Shown here piece after piece: positions 29,060 through 39,042 of a stretch of 64,000 bases of DNA. This DNA comes from a virus (lineage: Duplodnaviria > Caudoviricetes), in IMG/VR virus record IMGVR_UViG_3300032319_000936, positions 96,001 to 160,000 of that record, one strand, 5' to 3'. The notes under the pieces are model-generated. The model was not told the origin of the DNA and did no database searches. It was given only the letters and a program-made list of their open reading frames with translations. Every line of letters starts with the position of its first letter. Position 1 is the first letter of the stretch. Position numbers and translations under genes: made by a program.

Positions 29060-29932
29060 TTAAGATTTACCCTTTATTTGTACTCTAACTTTCTTGGATT
29101 CCTCCACCCTAAATGCATTTTCCCATGGAGAAAATACAACATCGTCGACAACAACTTCTAAAGTAGCTCTTCCAGTTGTCCCCTGTGGGAGAACGACTAG
29201 TTTCTTAATTGGTATAATGCAAGTGCCATCCCTCTTTATTTTTCCATAGAACACTAGGTTCCAGGTATCAGTAATCAGTATTAATCTAGCGGTAGCTGTG
29301 CTTATGGTGCCCTCGATAGTCACTTTACACTCGAATACCTCGTCTCTGTCCCTATAGAAAGAATAATATTTAGAAATTGGCTCCACCGGAAGCTTTTCTG
29401 GTCTTGGCTTTAGCCCAATACCCTCAGTGTTTTGGAATCTTTCTATTCTTTGTTTTTCCGGAGAAGGATCTGGTTTTTTAAATTTTCCAGATCTCAAAAC
29501 CTGCTGGAATGGGGTTAGTATCTCTTCTTCCTCAGCATCCTCTAACTCATCAGGTTCTATAAAATCTATGTATTTCTCAGATGGGTCCTGGAAAGTGAAA
29601 TTACCGCCTTCTAATTCTTCCTCGTCTTCAATCCCACAGATACATTCAGACTCATCCATTTGACACTCGTTGCAAACAGGCTTAGGAGCTGGTCTTTTTT
29701 CCTTCCTTGGCGAATTCACATTTCTGTCTACCTCGGATATCTCCTCGAGTGAGGGTATTTCCATTTTACCAAAAGAATCAGTCGGAACGTTTTTATTTAT
29801 TTGAGAGGATTCTTCCTGTGGTGGTTGTGCTTCTATGAATCTTGCTCCCAAGGTAGATCTAATCAAATCCTCTACGGACCCGTGTGTTCTCACTTGAGAA
29901 CCACCAAACATATTATTCTGGAAGATATTCAA
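29060..29932 (-). CDS. Hypothetical protein (acidic N-region, Cys motif, C-terminal beta domain)
   Basis: CNECQMDESECIC motif; long ORF. Confidence 0.7.
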   Translation of the reverse strand: MNIFQNNMFGGSQVRTHGSVEDLIRSTLGARFIEAQPPQEESSQINKNVPTDSFGKMEIPSLEEISEVDRNVNSPRKEKRPAPKPVCNECQMDESECICGIEDEEELEGGNFTFQDPSEKYIDFIEPDELEDAEEEEILTPFQQVLRSGKFKKPDPSPEKQRIERFQNTEGIGLKPRPEKLPVEPISKYYSFYRDRDEVFECKVTIEGTISTATARLILITDTWNLVFYGKIKRDGTCIIPIKKLVVLPQGTTGRATLEVVVDDVVFSPWENAFRVEESKKVRVQIKGKS

Positions 29933-29943
29933 CTGCTCTCTAG

Positions 29944-30357
29944 TTATTTATAATCACCTTTCTCTTCTTTTCTCTCAAGGTAACCTATTAGGTACTTGAT
30001 ACCTTTTATATAATCCCTACTTCTTATAAAAGGTTTTGCAAATTTCTTAATGTCATTTCCGCTTCCCTCCGGTTGCTCAGCTGACTTTGGGGGATTGTAT
30101 CTTCTCACAGTTCCGGACGGGTGTATGGTGTAGAAAGGAAAATCGTGACCCTTATCCTTAGCATGCCTTCTAGTCCTGATAAACTTCAAGGTGTTATTAA
30201 GCTCCTGTTGATCTGATGTGATCTCCTCAAACCCCATTCTGAGAAGCTCCTTGTAAGCAGGACTTCTTCTAGCAGAATTAAGGTTTAGCTCTCTCCTTAA
30301 TTCGGATTTGTATTCATCCGCTGGATCGTAATCTGAAAAAGAAAGTACGTTTTTCAC
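29944..30357 (-). CDS. Hypothetical protein
   Basis: MKNVLSFSDY N-terminus (GTG start). Confidence 0.65.
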   Translation of the reverse strand: MKNVLSFSDYDPADEYKSELRRELNLNSARRSPAYKELLRMGFEEITSDQQELNNTLKFIRTRRHAKDKGHDFPFYTIHPSGTVRRYNPPKSAEQPEGSGNDIKKFAKPFIRSRDYIKGIKYLIGYLERKEEKGDYK

Positions 30358-30472
30358 TTTTGTTTATTATTATTTTCCTTTATATGTTTCCAATTCTAAT
30401 TGACCACTCGATGCTAATGTCTGTACTTTAGCAACCATATTAGCGAGACGGGTAAGTGATGAAATTGCGGGA

Positions 30473-30883
30473 CTATCGGTTTATATTTTCATTTACCCAG
30501 TCTCTATAATCTTTTAGATTCTGTAAATTCTTTTTACCTTTCTTTTTCTTCTTTACATCCGGATCCAAGTAAGGAACTACTGGACCAGGACCGCTTGGAG
30601 AAAATTCTTCCGCACCGGTAACATTAACAAGTGGAACTATCGCTGTCTTTCCTCCGACTGCTAATTCACCTTTTTCGTTAACTTCGTCCTCTTTTACGTA
30701 ATGTGGAAGATTCTTTGTCTTGGTTGATGCAAAATCTTCTAATTGTTTCTTGGTCATTTTTTTAGCTAGTGCTAAAATTTCAGACTTGTACTTTGGGTTC
30801 AAATCTGATGGCTTAAGCTCTCCGGTCTTAATACCATAAGCAGACCCCATTAACCTTTGTTGGGCTTGACTTTGTGCTGGCAT
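30473..30883 (-). CDS. DUF3008-like protein with C-terminal extension
   Basis: MPAQSQAQQRLMG...MTKKQLEDFASTK..LP pattern; GATATATA at 30913-30920. Confidence 0.7.
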   Translation of the reverse strand: MPAQSQAQQRLMGSAYGIKTGELKPSDLNPKYKSEILALAKKMTKKQLEDFASTKTKNLPHYVKEDEVNEKGELAVGGKTAIVPLVNVTGAEEFSPSGPGPVVPYLDPDVKKKKKGKKNLQNLKDYRDWVNENINR

Positions 30884-30933
30884 ATTAAAAATATTTTTTT
30901 ATTGGTATAGGCTATATATCAAAAAGGAAAGGC

Positions 30934-31161
30934 TTATAAATATAAGCCCTTCTTTTTCTTTTCCCACTCCTTCTGAGTGATTGGTTTGGAAGACAAGGTC
31001 CAGTTTGTATCCGGATTTATTATCTTCTTCTTTTTCTTTTTCCAATCAGAAAAAGTCCAGAGGAATCTATTGTATCCCTTCCCAACCGTCTCGAAGCCCT
31101 TGTCACCTGGTTGTATTGCAATAAGTGATTGCGGGGGTGCATAAAAAGATGTTTCAGCCAT
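30934..31161 (-). CDS. Hypothetical basic protein
   Basis: ATG ORF with an A-rich leader. Confidence 0.6.
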   Translation of the reverse strand: MAETSFYAPPQSLIAIQPGDKGFETVGKGYNRFLWTFSDWKKKKKKIINPDTNWTLSSKPITQKEWEKKKKGLYL

Positions 31162-31183
31162 TTAATTAAATCAATTTTTCTTT

Positions 31184-31390
31184 CTAATTTACGACTGCTT
31201 CGATCCTTGTTTTTGCGATCTGCACAGTCTCAAAAGACATCATAGTGCCTTTCATATATTCAGCAACTTTAGTCTCCGCTTCAATAACGGATTCTGCTGC
31301 TACTAAAAATTCAGATTTTCTAACAACCGGTTCGCCCTTTCTGCTAACTTCACCAGTTTCAAAATTTACTTTTGCTAAGTAGTAACTCAT
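31184..31390 (-). CDS. DUF4494-like small protein (Bacteroidota-type)
   Basis: YxAKV...EFLVAAESVIEAETKV...IAKTRIEAV pattern. Confidence 0.7.
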   Translation of the reverse strand: MSYYLAKVNFETGEVSRKGEPVVRKSEFLVAAESVIEAETKVAEYMKGTMMSFETVQIAKTRIEAVVN

Positions 31391-31429
31391 TTTAATTTGT
31401 TTTAGATTGTTTATATATTCACTTTAAAT

Positions 31430-31458
31430 AAAAATGGGACCTTAAAGATCCCATTTTT
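31430..31458 (-). terminator. Intrinsic terminator
   Basis: AAAAATGGGA-N9-TCCCATTTTT. Confidence 0.7.
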
Positions 31459-31476
31459 AATAATTTGTCCTAGAGA

Positions 31477-31653
31477 TTAGGCAGCGTTCTTTTTATCTTG
31501 AACTTCCACTCTCAGATCTTGAGCTAATTTCTTAAGATCCTGCATAGCTTGTCTAACTCTTGTTCCTGCGCTTGAATTCCCTTTGCTGTAGAATTTTTCA
31601 ACGTCGCCTTGTACTCCTTCAAGAAGAGCTTTGATTTGTTCGAATTTCTCCAT
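31477..31653 (-). CDS. Histone H1-like (Hc1-family) small protein, Bacteroidota type
   Basis: Below the ORF-track cutoff: MEKFEQIKALLEGVQGDVEKFYSKGNSSAGTRVRQAMQDLKKLAQDLRVEVQDKKNAA (KF..KGN.SAGTRVR motif); has its own terminator. Confidence 0.85.
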   Translation of the reverse strand: MEKFEQIKALLEGVQGDVEKFYSKGNSSAGTRVRQAMQDLKKLAQDLRVEVQDKKNAA

Positions 31654-31706
31654 TGTTTTTTAATTTATTTATTAGTTTATATGAAAATTATCTAAAAAGG
31701 TTTCGA

Positions 31707-32249
31707 TTATCTAGAGATTAAAATTGAATTTTTATCAACTCCTTCCTGTACGCTCCAATCTTCTCCCAAGTATGAAATAACTATGGATTTCATAAATTCC
31801 ATATATGTTCCTTCACCTGAGAAAACTAGATTATCCTGTATCTCGTCGTAAATCTTGGATACTTTAGCATTATACTCCAGGTAATCCAAAATACATTTAG
31901 AAACGGTCTCGAATAGTCTAGACACATCGCTTTCCTCCATTTTAAACTCCGCAGATGTCGCGGGAGGTAAATCAGCTTTGCTTACCGCTATATCCTCTAT
32001 TTGCTCAGATGATAATTTATTAATGCCAAGCACGCAATATGAGTTCTTAGGCTGATCTATTACCTGATGGCTGGAGTATTTACCAATCATGAGTCTAAAG
32101 GCATCCTGTTTTCCTTCCTCCCCTGTGTCTATGTAAAAGAGATAGTTAAAGATGTCCTTTTCTTTCCTTAAAAGGAAGGGTTTCGTTCCAAATCCATCGG
32201 ACTCGAAAACAGATTCTAAGAATTCATTAAATTTTTTAATTGAAGCCAT
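31707..32249 (-). CDS. Hypothetical, probably virion-packaged protein
   Basis: MASIKKFNEFLESVFE N-terminus. Confidence 0.7.
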   Translation of the reverse strand: MASIKKFNEFLESVFESDGFGTKPFLLRKEKDIFNYLFYIDTGEEGKQDAFRLMIGKYSSHQVIDQPKNSYCVLGINKLSSEQIEDIAVSKADLPPATSAEFKMEESDVSRLFETVSKCILDYLEYNAKVSKIYDEIQDNLVFSGEGTYMEFMKSIVISYLGEDWSVQEGVDKNSILISR

Positions 32250-32250
32250 T

Positions 32251-33336
32251 TTATAAAAATATTTCTACCTTGTTGGGATAAACCCTGAAGTATATATTCA
32301 AGTCATTAAGTATCTCTATGTTTCGATCATTTACAAACGATTCATTTTTAACTAGAACTGAAAGAGCATCTGGAAATCCACCCGTATTCTCGCTATAGAT
32401 TATCATCGTGTTAAAGTTCTCTGGCTTGGAGTAATGCTCTATCTGATGGCATATTAATATTGGAACTATCTTATCCGGATCGCGGTCAGTTCTAAATCCA
32501 ACTATCTGGTGAAATCTCTTCCAGAACTCGTTTGCCTTTATCTGGCTAGATTTTATTTTAGCCAGAAGCAGGTTCAAAGATCTCTTACCGTATGTTTTCT
32601 CCTTCTTTTTTGATTTGCCGCTTATCCTATACGATAGGTCTATAAACTGCTTAATTTTAGGGGATACTAGATTATCCTCGCTGGTAATAGATGCACTTAT
32701 AGTGGATTTCACTTCAACACGATTGCCATCTATAAAAATATCAGCACCTCTCTCATTGTTGATAAATCCTCCAAAGGAAAGACAAGAAAGTGTCTCACCC
32801 TTACCTCTTCTTCTTTTACCGCTCGGAAAGTATGCATCTATAGTATAAATCTCCTTCAGATCCTTTCTAGAAATACCATTGAAGCTATCGATCCATCCTA
32901 TATCAGTTGTGCCATTCTTTACGGCATCGGAGAAACTTATAGAACCTTTGATGGGTTGTTTTTTAATGAATCTTTTCTCTATGGTATCTAAGGTAACGGG
33001 ATCTAGATTAATGTAGAAATCCTCAACGTATCCCCTCCTGAACATAATACGGGAATCCTCGTTAGATCTACCAAAGAATACCTTATATAGGGTTTCTATA
33101 ATCTGACTAGATCTCTTATCACTATCGTGTATAATATCAAGCAGAGAGGAAGAGCTTTTTATATTCTTTATTAGTTTTCTCAGCTTTCTGAAACCAGCTT
33201 CATCTATACCTGATAAATTGAATTCATCCAGTCTATCTGACATAGAGCCAAGAATGGATTTGCATTGCTCTATTTCTAGTGCAACTATATCCTTAGGTGT
33301 CTCTGATTTTTTAGGTTTTCTTTTTGAAACCTGCAT
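32251..33336 (-). CDS. Putative PD-(D/E)xK nuclease
   Basis: GKGE...GADIFIDGNRVEVKS motif. Confidence 0.55.
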   Translation of the reverse strand: MQVSKRKPKKSETPKDIVALEIEQCKSILGSMSDRLDEFNLSGIDEAGFRKLRKLIKNIKSSSSLLDIIHDSDKRSSQIIETLYKVFFGRSNEDSRIMFRRGYVEDFYINLDPVTLDTIEKRFIKKQPIKGSISFSDAVKNGTTDIGWIDSFNGISRKDLKEIYTIDAYFPSGKRRRGKGETLSCLSFGGFINNERGADIFIDGNRVEVKSTISASITSEDNLVSPKIKQFIDLSYRISGKSKKKEKTYGKRSLNLLLAKIKSSQIKANEFWKRFHQIVGFRTDRDPDKIVPILICHQIEHYSKPENFNTMIIYSENTGGFPDALSVLVKNESFVNDRNIEILNDLNIYFRVYPNKVEIFL

Positions 33337-33340
33337 TCAG

Positions 33341-35281
33341 TTACTTTTTAGAACTTTGGTTTAATCCGTTATGTACACCAGAAACGAGGGTTGCGTATAA
33401 TGAAGCGACACAAGGTGGTACTAACTTCTTAAATGCTGTGAAATCCTCATTCTTAAGTTTATCCCTTACCTCGGTTGCACTAGTCGTTCTTTTGGTTTTA
33501 AAGACCTTCGTAGTGGTTGGGAATTCCTTACCCGCTTTAACCAGGTAATCCACTTGCTTGTTATAATCGTCAGATTTATCATCTCCTGCCCCTATTAACT
33601 CGATTCTATAACCTAGCTTTCTAATCTCTCCAGCTATAATACCTAAAAGACCTCTATTGACAATTATGAATCCGCTTAAAACTTCCGGATATTCTCTAAC
33701 AACAGATTCCATGTAAGTCTTTATAACATTATCGTCGAATGGTGATTTTCCTGATTTATTATGACCAGGATAGACCACAACAGCTATAGATGGTAAATCG
33801 TTTTGCTCTTTTAGTTCCTTTGTCATTGCTAAGTGACCTTTATGGAAAGGTTGGAATCTGCCAACAATAATATTAATTGGCTTTAATTCATTTTTATTAG
33901 AATCCTCTTCTAGCGGAGCTATATTTTTAACTTCCTTTGTGTCTATATGTTCAAGATCAGATATGAATTGTGAGAATGTCTCGCCATATGGTTGGGGTTC
34001 TTCCTGCTCGTTATCGGATTCCTCAGTGACATATTCTACTTTCTTTCTAAATTTAGATTTAAAATCATTGAAAGAAGGTATCTCAGATTCGTTTATTTTT
34101 TTAGTCTCCTTTTCAGAAATAGCTTCTTCTATCTCCTTCACGACTGAATTGAACTGATCTATAAAATCCTGATTTATTATTCCACCAGCTCTCTTTTTTA
34201 TTTTTCTAAACTGGTTAACGATCAATTTATATAGGGATTCAAAAGCGTCATCCTCTTCTATATAGGCAAGAGCAGCTCTATTTGGAACCATTTTCTTATT
34301 GACTCTAAACTCATCTTTCTTTAAATATTCAGGTTCCTCGAAATCAGTTTCACTATACTTATCCTTATACTCATCTAAGAACTTAACAAACACGTCAGAG
34401 ATAAAAGAAAGATATCTTTCATCTTCTGTTTTACCTTTGAAATCAAAACTACCAACTCCTCTTTCAAGTATGAAATTCATAACATCCAGAATAGTTATAA
34501 CTAAGAAATCGCTAGGCTTTGTCTCTTTCTTCTGCACATATTTACTCTTTGCCAGCTCGGTGAAAAGAGGATCTACCATTTTTGCTAAAACCGGTTCTTC
34601 ACCTTCCTCATCAGAGCCAAATCTAAATACTATACCTTCGATTGCCTTTTCTAGATCATTATTCAATGCTGTCTTTTCCAATTTAGGATTTAAAACACCA
34701 ACTATGTAAGCCACAAAGCTCTTTGTTCTAAATTCCTCTATAAGATCAGAGAATGGTGTGTTTATAAACTCGAGAATACTTCTTTTTTGGAGCTCTGTTA
34801 ATTTGCCTTGAAAAATGATAGGTGGCCTTTCTACTCCTAGTAAATCCGCCCATTTATCTAGATCTTCTTTACTTTGTATAGTTGACTTTGCTCTGCCGTT
34901 ATCTAATTTGTGGACGTACGATAGAATGAGATTGTTGTTTGGCATTCTATCATAAGCAATCTCAAGTGGCTGCGGAGAAGAGAAATATTCAAGACCAAAT
35001 CTCCACCCTCTTGGTATCAATTGTATCACGTGTGGTGGAAGTGACTCTATGTATTGTATAGGCTTCTCGTAGTACTTCATAATGGTTCTATCGACCATTG
35101 TGATGGGATTTCTCTGATCCCTTTTATAAAACTTAAATTTACCATTATCGATATCGCGTTCAAATGTGAACGCAGAACCGTCCATCTTTTCGTTCACTGT
35201 CACGAAAGAGCTAAAGAGGTTGTTGATAAACTCGTTCCCTTTTTTGTGGTAAAGATCCTGTAGATGGGAAATACTTGACAT
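33341..35281 (-). CDS. Fusion: ATP-dependent (RNA-ligase-like) nucleotidyltransferase domain + HxGH cytidylyltransferase/NMNAT-like domain
   Basis: VNEKMDGS (motif I), GLEYF, EGIVF and LAKMVD, then an acidic linker, GRFQPFHKGH, SPF and SATEVR. Confidence 0.75.
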   Translation of the reverse strand: MSSISHLQDLYHKKGNEFINNLFSSFVTVNEKMDGSAFTFERDIDNGKFKFYKRDQRNPITMVDRTIMKYYEKPIQYIESLPPHVIQLIPRGWRFGLEYFSSPQPLEIAYDRMPNNNLILSYVHKLDNGRAKSTIQSKEDLDKWADLLGVERPPIIFQGKLTELQKRSILEFINTPFSDLIEEFRTKSFVAYIVGVLNPKLEKTALNNDLEKAIEGIVFRFGSDEEGEEPVLAKMVDPLFTELAKSKYVQKKETKPSDFLVITILDVMNFILERGVGSFDFKGKTEDERYLSFISDVFVKFLDEYKDKYSETDFEEPEYLKKDEFRVNKKMVPNRAALAYIEEDDAFESLYKLIVNQFRKIKKRAGGIINQDFIDQFNSVVKEIEEAISEKETKKINESEIPSFNDFKSKFRKKVEYVTEESDNEQEEPQPYGETFSQFISDLEHIDTKEVKNIAPLEEDSNKNELKPINIIVGRFQPFHKGHLAMTKELKEQNDLPSIAVVVYPGHNKSGKSPFDDNVIKTYMESVVREYPEVLSGFIIVNRGLLGIIAGEIRKLGYRIELIGAGDDKSDDYNKQVDYLVKAGKEFPTTTKVFKTKRTTSATEVRDKLKNEDFTAFKKLVPPCVASLYATLVSGVHNGLNQSSKK

Positions 35282-35321
35282 AAATTCGCTTTTTAATTTT
35301 AACTTAAATTTTACTTTTGTT

Positions 35322-36248
35322 TCAGCCTAATTTTTCTGTCTCAGGTGGAACAGGTAAATCTGTTCTATTTAGTAACTGTATAAACTTCTCCTTTATCTGA
35401 GGAAGAAATTCTTTATATTTGAAATTCGGAGAAGTCATTATAGATAAAACTTTTTCGAATGTTTTGACGTCATTCTCACTATATCCTGGTCCAAGGGCAT
35501 AGTTTATAAATTCCTGTGGATCATCTGTTATGAATTCTTCTGTTCCCGGAAGCTTTTGAGCATTTTTTAATCTCGGCTTTAATTTACCTCTAAAGCTTTT
35601 GGTTTGGAGATATAAACCGCTAGGTAAAATCAAAGCAGGTGTTCTATAATCTAAAACCTCACCCTGTTCATCATTAGCCAATATCTCTCTTCTTGCAACA
35701 AGAGCTGCACTTAAAAGCCAATTTCTATGAGCAGATTTCCACTGGCTTTCATCCATTCTATAATCAGGCGAATAATAGATAAACTTCGCCCATTCCATAT
35801 TTTGGAGAGGCATAAGATCCAGTTGGACAAAACCGTTATTTGCATCACCAGCTATTGGCCAAGCTACACTAAGTATATTCAGGCCAGATAGATTGTTCAT
35901 TTCTGGCTCAAATCCAAGAACTCTAGGTAGCTCTGGGCTTAGCATATTCATAAGAGTCTTCGAGCACTCCTTGAATGGTATACCATTCTTAGTAGCAAAA
36001 TAATTTCCATTAAATCCAAGATCTATATCACCGGATGTGTCCTCGATATTTTTCTTCTTTCCGGTTGAGCCTATAAAAATATAGTCCTTTCCCTCTTTAT
36101 AGGAATCAAGATCTAAAAGAGGTAACAGAACCTCTTTTATATTTTCTATGGTTTTCATAGCTTCGTCCTGTCTGATCGGTCTAGCACTTTTAATAGCCTT
36201 CCCGCCTTCAGATACATTCTTAAACTCCCCGAAATTTTTTAATCTCAT
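35322..36248 (-). CDS. Pol-beta-superfamily nucleotidyltransferase
   Basis: IGSTGKK...SGDIDL and VQLDLM third Asp; MRLKNFGEF..VSE N-terminus. Confidence 0.75.
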   Translation of the reverse strand: MRLKNFGEFKNVSEGGKAIKSARPIRQDEAMKTIENIKEVLLPLLDLDSYKEGKDYIFIGSTGKKKNIEDTSGDIDLGFNGNYFATKNGIPFKECSKTLMNMLSPELPRVLGFEPEMNNLSGLNILSVAWPIAGDANNGFVQLDLMPLQNMEWAKFIYYSPDYRMDESQWKSAHRNWLLSAALVARREILANDEQGEVLDYRTPALILPSGLYLQTKSFRGKLKPRLKNAQKLPGTEEFITDDPQEFINYALGPGYSENDVKTFEKVLSIMTSPNFKYKEFLPQIKEKFIQLLNRTDLPVPPETEKLG

Positions 36249-36802
36249 TATTTCTTCTGATTTATTCTACCGTAATATCTCGATGTTGCATCGTATAGAT
36301 CCTCAGCATATCTTTTCTCGTCTTCTGTCTTTGGCTTGTCAGGATCAAAGTCTTTACCGAAAATTTTCTTGCCTCTTTCCACACCATTCATGTAAAAATT
36401 AGCAGCATCCTTATCTGTAACTTTTTTCTGATCACCACTAAATGTTTTTCTTTCCCACCTGTCCAAATCCTCCTTGCTTTTCTTTTTGTAACCTTCCCCT
36501 TTTTTAGCGTCACCGAAAAGAGCATCACTAACTCCAGCTCCTAAGTTAAGAAGAAAACCAGATATTGAACCTAAAACTCTCAAAGGATCTCCTAGATTTT
36601 TAGTTTTTCCGGGTGCATCCTTTCTAGCATCCATCCCGCTTTTAACTCTTCCCTTTATATCCTCTAACCAGTTTCCGATATTGCTAGATCTTTCTCTGTC
36701 CTTGAAAACAGAAAGCTTTCCCTTTAAAGGTCCGTATCCTCTATCTGAGCCGTAATATCTTCTCTCCTCTGTTATAAATTGATCGAAATTCTTGATTCCC
36801 AT
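36248..36802 (-). CDS. Hypothetical, probably virion-packaged protein
   Basis: MGIKNFDQFITEE N-terminus; GATATATA at 36818-36825. Confidence 0.7.
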   Translation of the reverse strand: MGIKNFDQFITEERRYYGSDRGYGPLKGKLSVFKDRERSSNIGNWLEDIKGRVKSGMDARKDAPGKTKNLGDPLRVLGSISGFLLNLGAGVSDALFGDAKKGEGYKKKSKEDLDRWERKTFSGDQKKVTDKDAANFYMNGVERGKKIFGKDFDPDKPKTEDEKRYAEDLYDATSRYYGRINQKK

Positions 36803-36836
36803 AAGAAATTTTTATTCTATATATCAAAAATTAGCG

Positions 36837-38360
36837 CTAAAGCTTAACCTTGAATACTTTATAAGAGAATCCTTCCCTTTTATAGATCTCGATTCTAACA
36901 AGACTGTGCTTCATTAGATAATTTTGATATCTGGGACTACTAAAATCATCAACAAAGTCTATCACGTTAACTTTCTCCTTTCCCTCCATTTTTCTCATTC
37001 CTCTTCCCAAGCTTTGCTTGATTAAGACCTCGCTCTTGTATGATTCAACAAGGAAGATATTGTGAAGGTTGTTAATAGAAATCCCCGTCGCAAATGTTCC
37101 GTATGTTGCTATCAAGATTCTATTCTCTCCGAAACCCATTCTTGATTTATACTCCTCCCTTAAATTCTCGTCGGTGTCACCATCAACATAAAAAACTTCT
37201 TTATCGTTATTCTTATCTCTTATTAGATTGAATATTTGTTTGCCGTATTCGTCCTTCACGGACTGGAATAGAACTAGTGAATTTTTGGAGATTTTCGATA
37301 TAAAATCAACAATATAGTTAATCCTCTTCTTGGATTCAACAACCATTCTTCTCTCAACATTATAAATCTCCGTTCCCTCTACATTGCCGTGATTTGACTT
37401 CAATTCAGCTAACTTGTCTTTGTATTCCTGCTCGAGCCAATCTAGGATAACAACCTTTATCGATATTGGAGTTGCATAGTTATTTTCAAAAAGGAAGCTG
37501 GGTGGTATTTCAACGACCAATGGTCCAAGGAACTGCTGTATAGTTAAATAGTCAGCTGTCCCTCTTTTTGTTAAAGTACCGGTGAGTCCATATCTCCATT
37601 GAGAATGCATGCATTTTGCTAGTATCTTCTTAATGGACATTGAATTACTAAAATGAGCCTCGTCCACAAACGCTGCATCAACTTCTTCAAAAAATTCAGC
37701 TTCCTGTTTCACTAGGGATTGGAATGTACCTATTATCAGATCGCATCCAGGTCTTAACTTATTACCCGCTCCGATCTGTTGTATTTTAACCCCCAGTTTC
37801 TGCAGGCCATAGTCATCAAAATCCTCACTTGCCTGTATGACAAGGTTAGTATTAGGAGCTACCATCATATACTTCCTAATGAGACCCTGGCTTTTCAAAT
37901 AAGCAAATATCATAAATGATATAAGGGTCTTCCCCGAGGAAGTAGCTACCTCTGAAACAGAATATCTATATTTGATAATCTTCCATGCAGTTTCTATCTG
38001 GTAATCTCTGGGCTTTTTATCTGAATCAGCAAAAAATTCATTAGTCCACTCTGTAAATTCCTCTAATGTCAATTTCTGGTTGATAATATTTGCTAGTCCG
38101 TCTATCTCTATCTCTATTTTATACTCCTCGCCTATCTGCATCAATTCTCTCCACAAGCCTATAGGAACTCTCCAGAATGCTCCTTTCTTTTCTATGAAAC
38201 AGACATTACCGTCCCATATTTTTTTCTTGACCAGAGGATGGAAAAAGTGGTTGTGTATTTTCTTAGTCATCGATATCTCAATTTGCTTCTTCTCAACCTC
38301 ATCAGGAGACTGGGTTAGGACAAGCCATTGGTGATCATCGGATACTATAAATTTAAGCAT
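36837..38360 (-). CDS. uvsW: UvsW-like SF2 helicase
   Basis: PRDYQ, ATSSGKT, VDEAH, GLTGT, FATGI, QSLGRGMR. Confidence 0.92.
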   Translation of the reverse strand: MLKFIVSDDHQWLVLTQSPDEVEKKQIEISMTKKIHNHFFHPLVKKKIWDGNVCFIEKKGAFWRVPIGLWRELMQIGEEYKIEIEIDGLANIINQKLTLEEFTEWTNEFFADSDKKPRDYQIETAWKIIKYRYSVSEVATSSGKTLISFMIFAYLKSQGLIRKYMMVAPNTNLVIQASEDFDDYGLQKLGVKIQQIGAGNKLRPGCDLIIGTFQSLVKQEAEFFEEVDAAFVDEAHFSNSMSIKKILAKCMHSQWRYGLTGTLTKRGTADYLTIQQFLGPLVVEIPPSFLFENNYATPISIKVVILDWLEQEYKDKLAELKSNHGNVEGTEIYNVERRMVVESKKRINYIVDFISKISKNSLVLFQSVKDEYGKQIFNLIRDKNNDKEVFYVDGDTDENLREEYKSRMGFGENRILIATYGTFATGISINNLHNIFLVESYKSEVLIKQSLGRGMRKMEGKEKVNVIDFVDDFSSPRYQNYLMKHSLVRIEIYKREGFSYKVFKVKL

Positions 38361-38362
38361 GA

Positions 38363-38812
38363 TTATTTAACTGTTGTTCCTCTAAGATATTCTTCTAACG
38401 CTATCCTTTGACGAATTCCATATAGCATGTGATCCACTGTTTGAACCGTCTGGTCCATGAATTTTCTATGTCCCTCTACGAGTTCTATTTTTTCAACCAA
38501 AGCTGTTAAATCTCCCTCAATTAGAACAGTCTTCTCGTTAGATCCGTACCTCACATCAGTTTTCTCAGAGTATTCTTTTAGCTTAGCAGATTTACCCTCT
38601 CTGTACTTAGCATTAAGTTTAGAGACTATACCAGCTAATTTAAAGCTGTATTCTAGAAGCATTTGTCTGTATCCAAAAAGATCGACCTGTGCTTTTGCAA
38701 CTGTTTTTATGTCTTTCAGGTTAAGAGCTAGCCCTTGTATTTTCTCTCTCCACTCTTCCCTTTCTCTATCAAACATTTGCTTGAAGTCTTCTTGCTTTTC
38801 CTCTTTTTCCAT
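38363..38812 (-). CDS. UvsY-like recombination mediator
   Basis: Helical protein of about 150 aa next to uvsW, with IEGD...DHMLYGIRQRIALEEY C-terminal pattern. Confidence 0.6.
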   Translation of the reverse strand: MEKEEKQEDFKQMFDREREEWREKIQGLALNLKDIKTVAKAQVDLFGYRQMLLEYSFKLAGIVSKLNAKYREGKSAKLKEYSEKTDVRYGSNEKTVLIEGDLTALVEKIELVEGHRKFMDQTVQTVDHMLYGIRQRIALEEYLRGTTVK

Positions 38813-39042
38813 TAGAATAAACTTTTTTTGCTTTTCTTGTTTTTATTTTCTATGGTTTTAATAACCACGGTTTTCTTTTTATCCTGAGGTTTTTTCACAT
38901 CAGGTTCTTTCATATCTGTGTTTAATGAATCAAGAGCAGAATCCTTAATTTCCAAAGGGAATTTAAACTTGGGATGCGAGTCATCGTCAATTTTATTTTC
39001 CCATTCTTCCATCTTACTCTGGATCTCCTTTGTGTCATCCAT
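38812..39042 (-). CDS. Hypothetical protein
   Basis: ATG overlapping the primase end; its stop overlaps the next ATG. Confidence 0.55.
   Translation of the reverse strand: MDDTKEIQSKMEEWENKIDDDSHPKFKFPLEIKDSALDSLNTDMKEPDVKKPQDKKKTVVIKTIENKNKKSKKSLF

Noticed and set aside
30368-30472. Short frame MVAKVQTLASSGQLELETYKGK between two genes
   Set aside because: Only 22 codons from ATG with no motif; possibly a remnant but unsupported.
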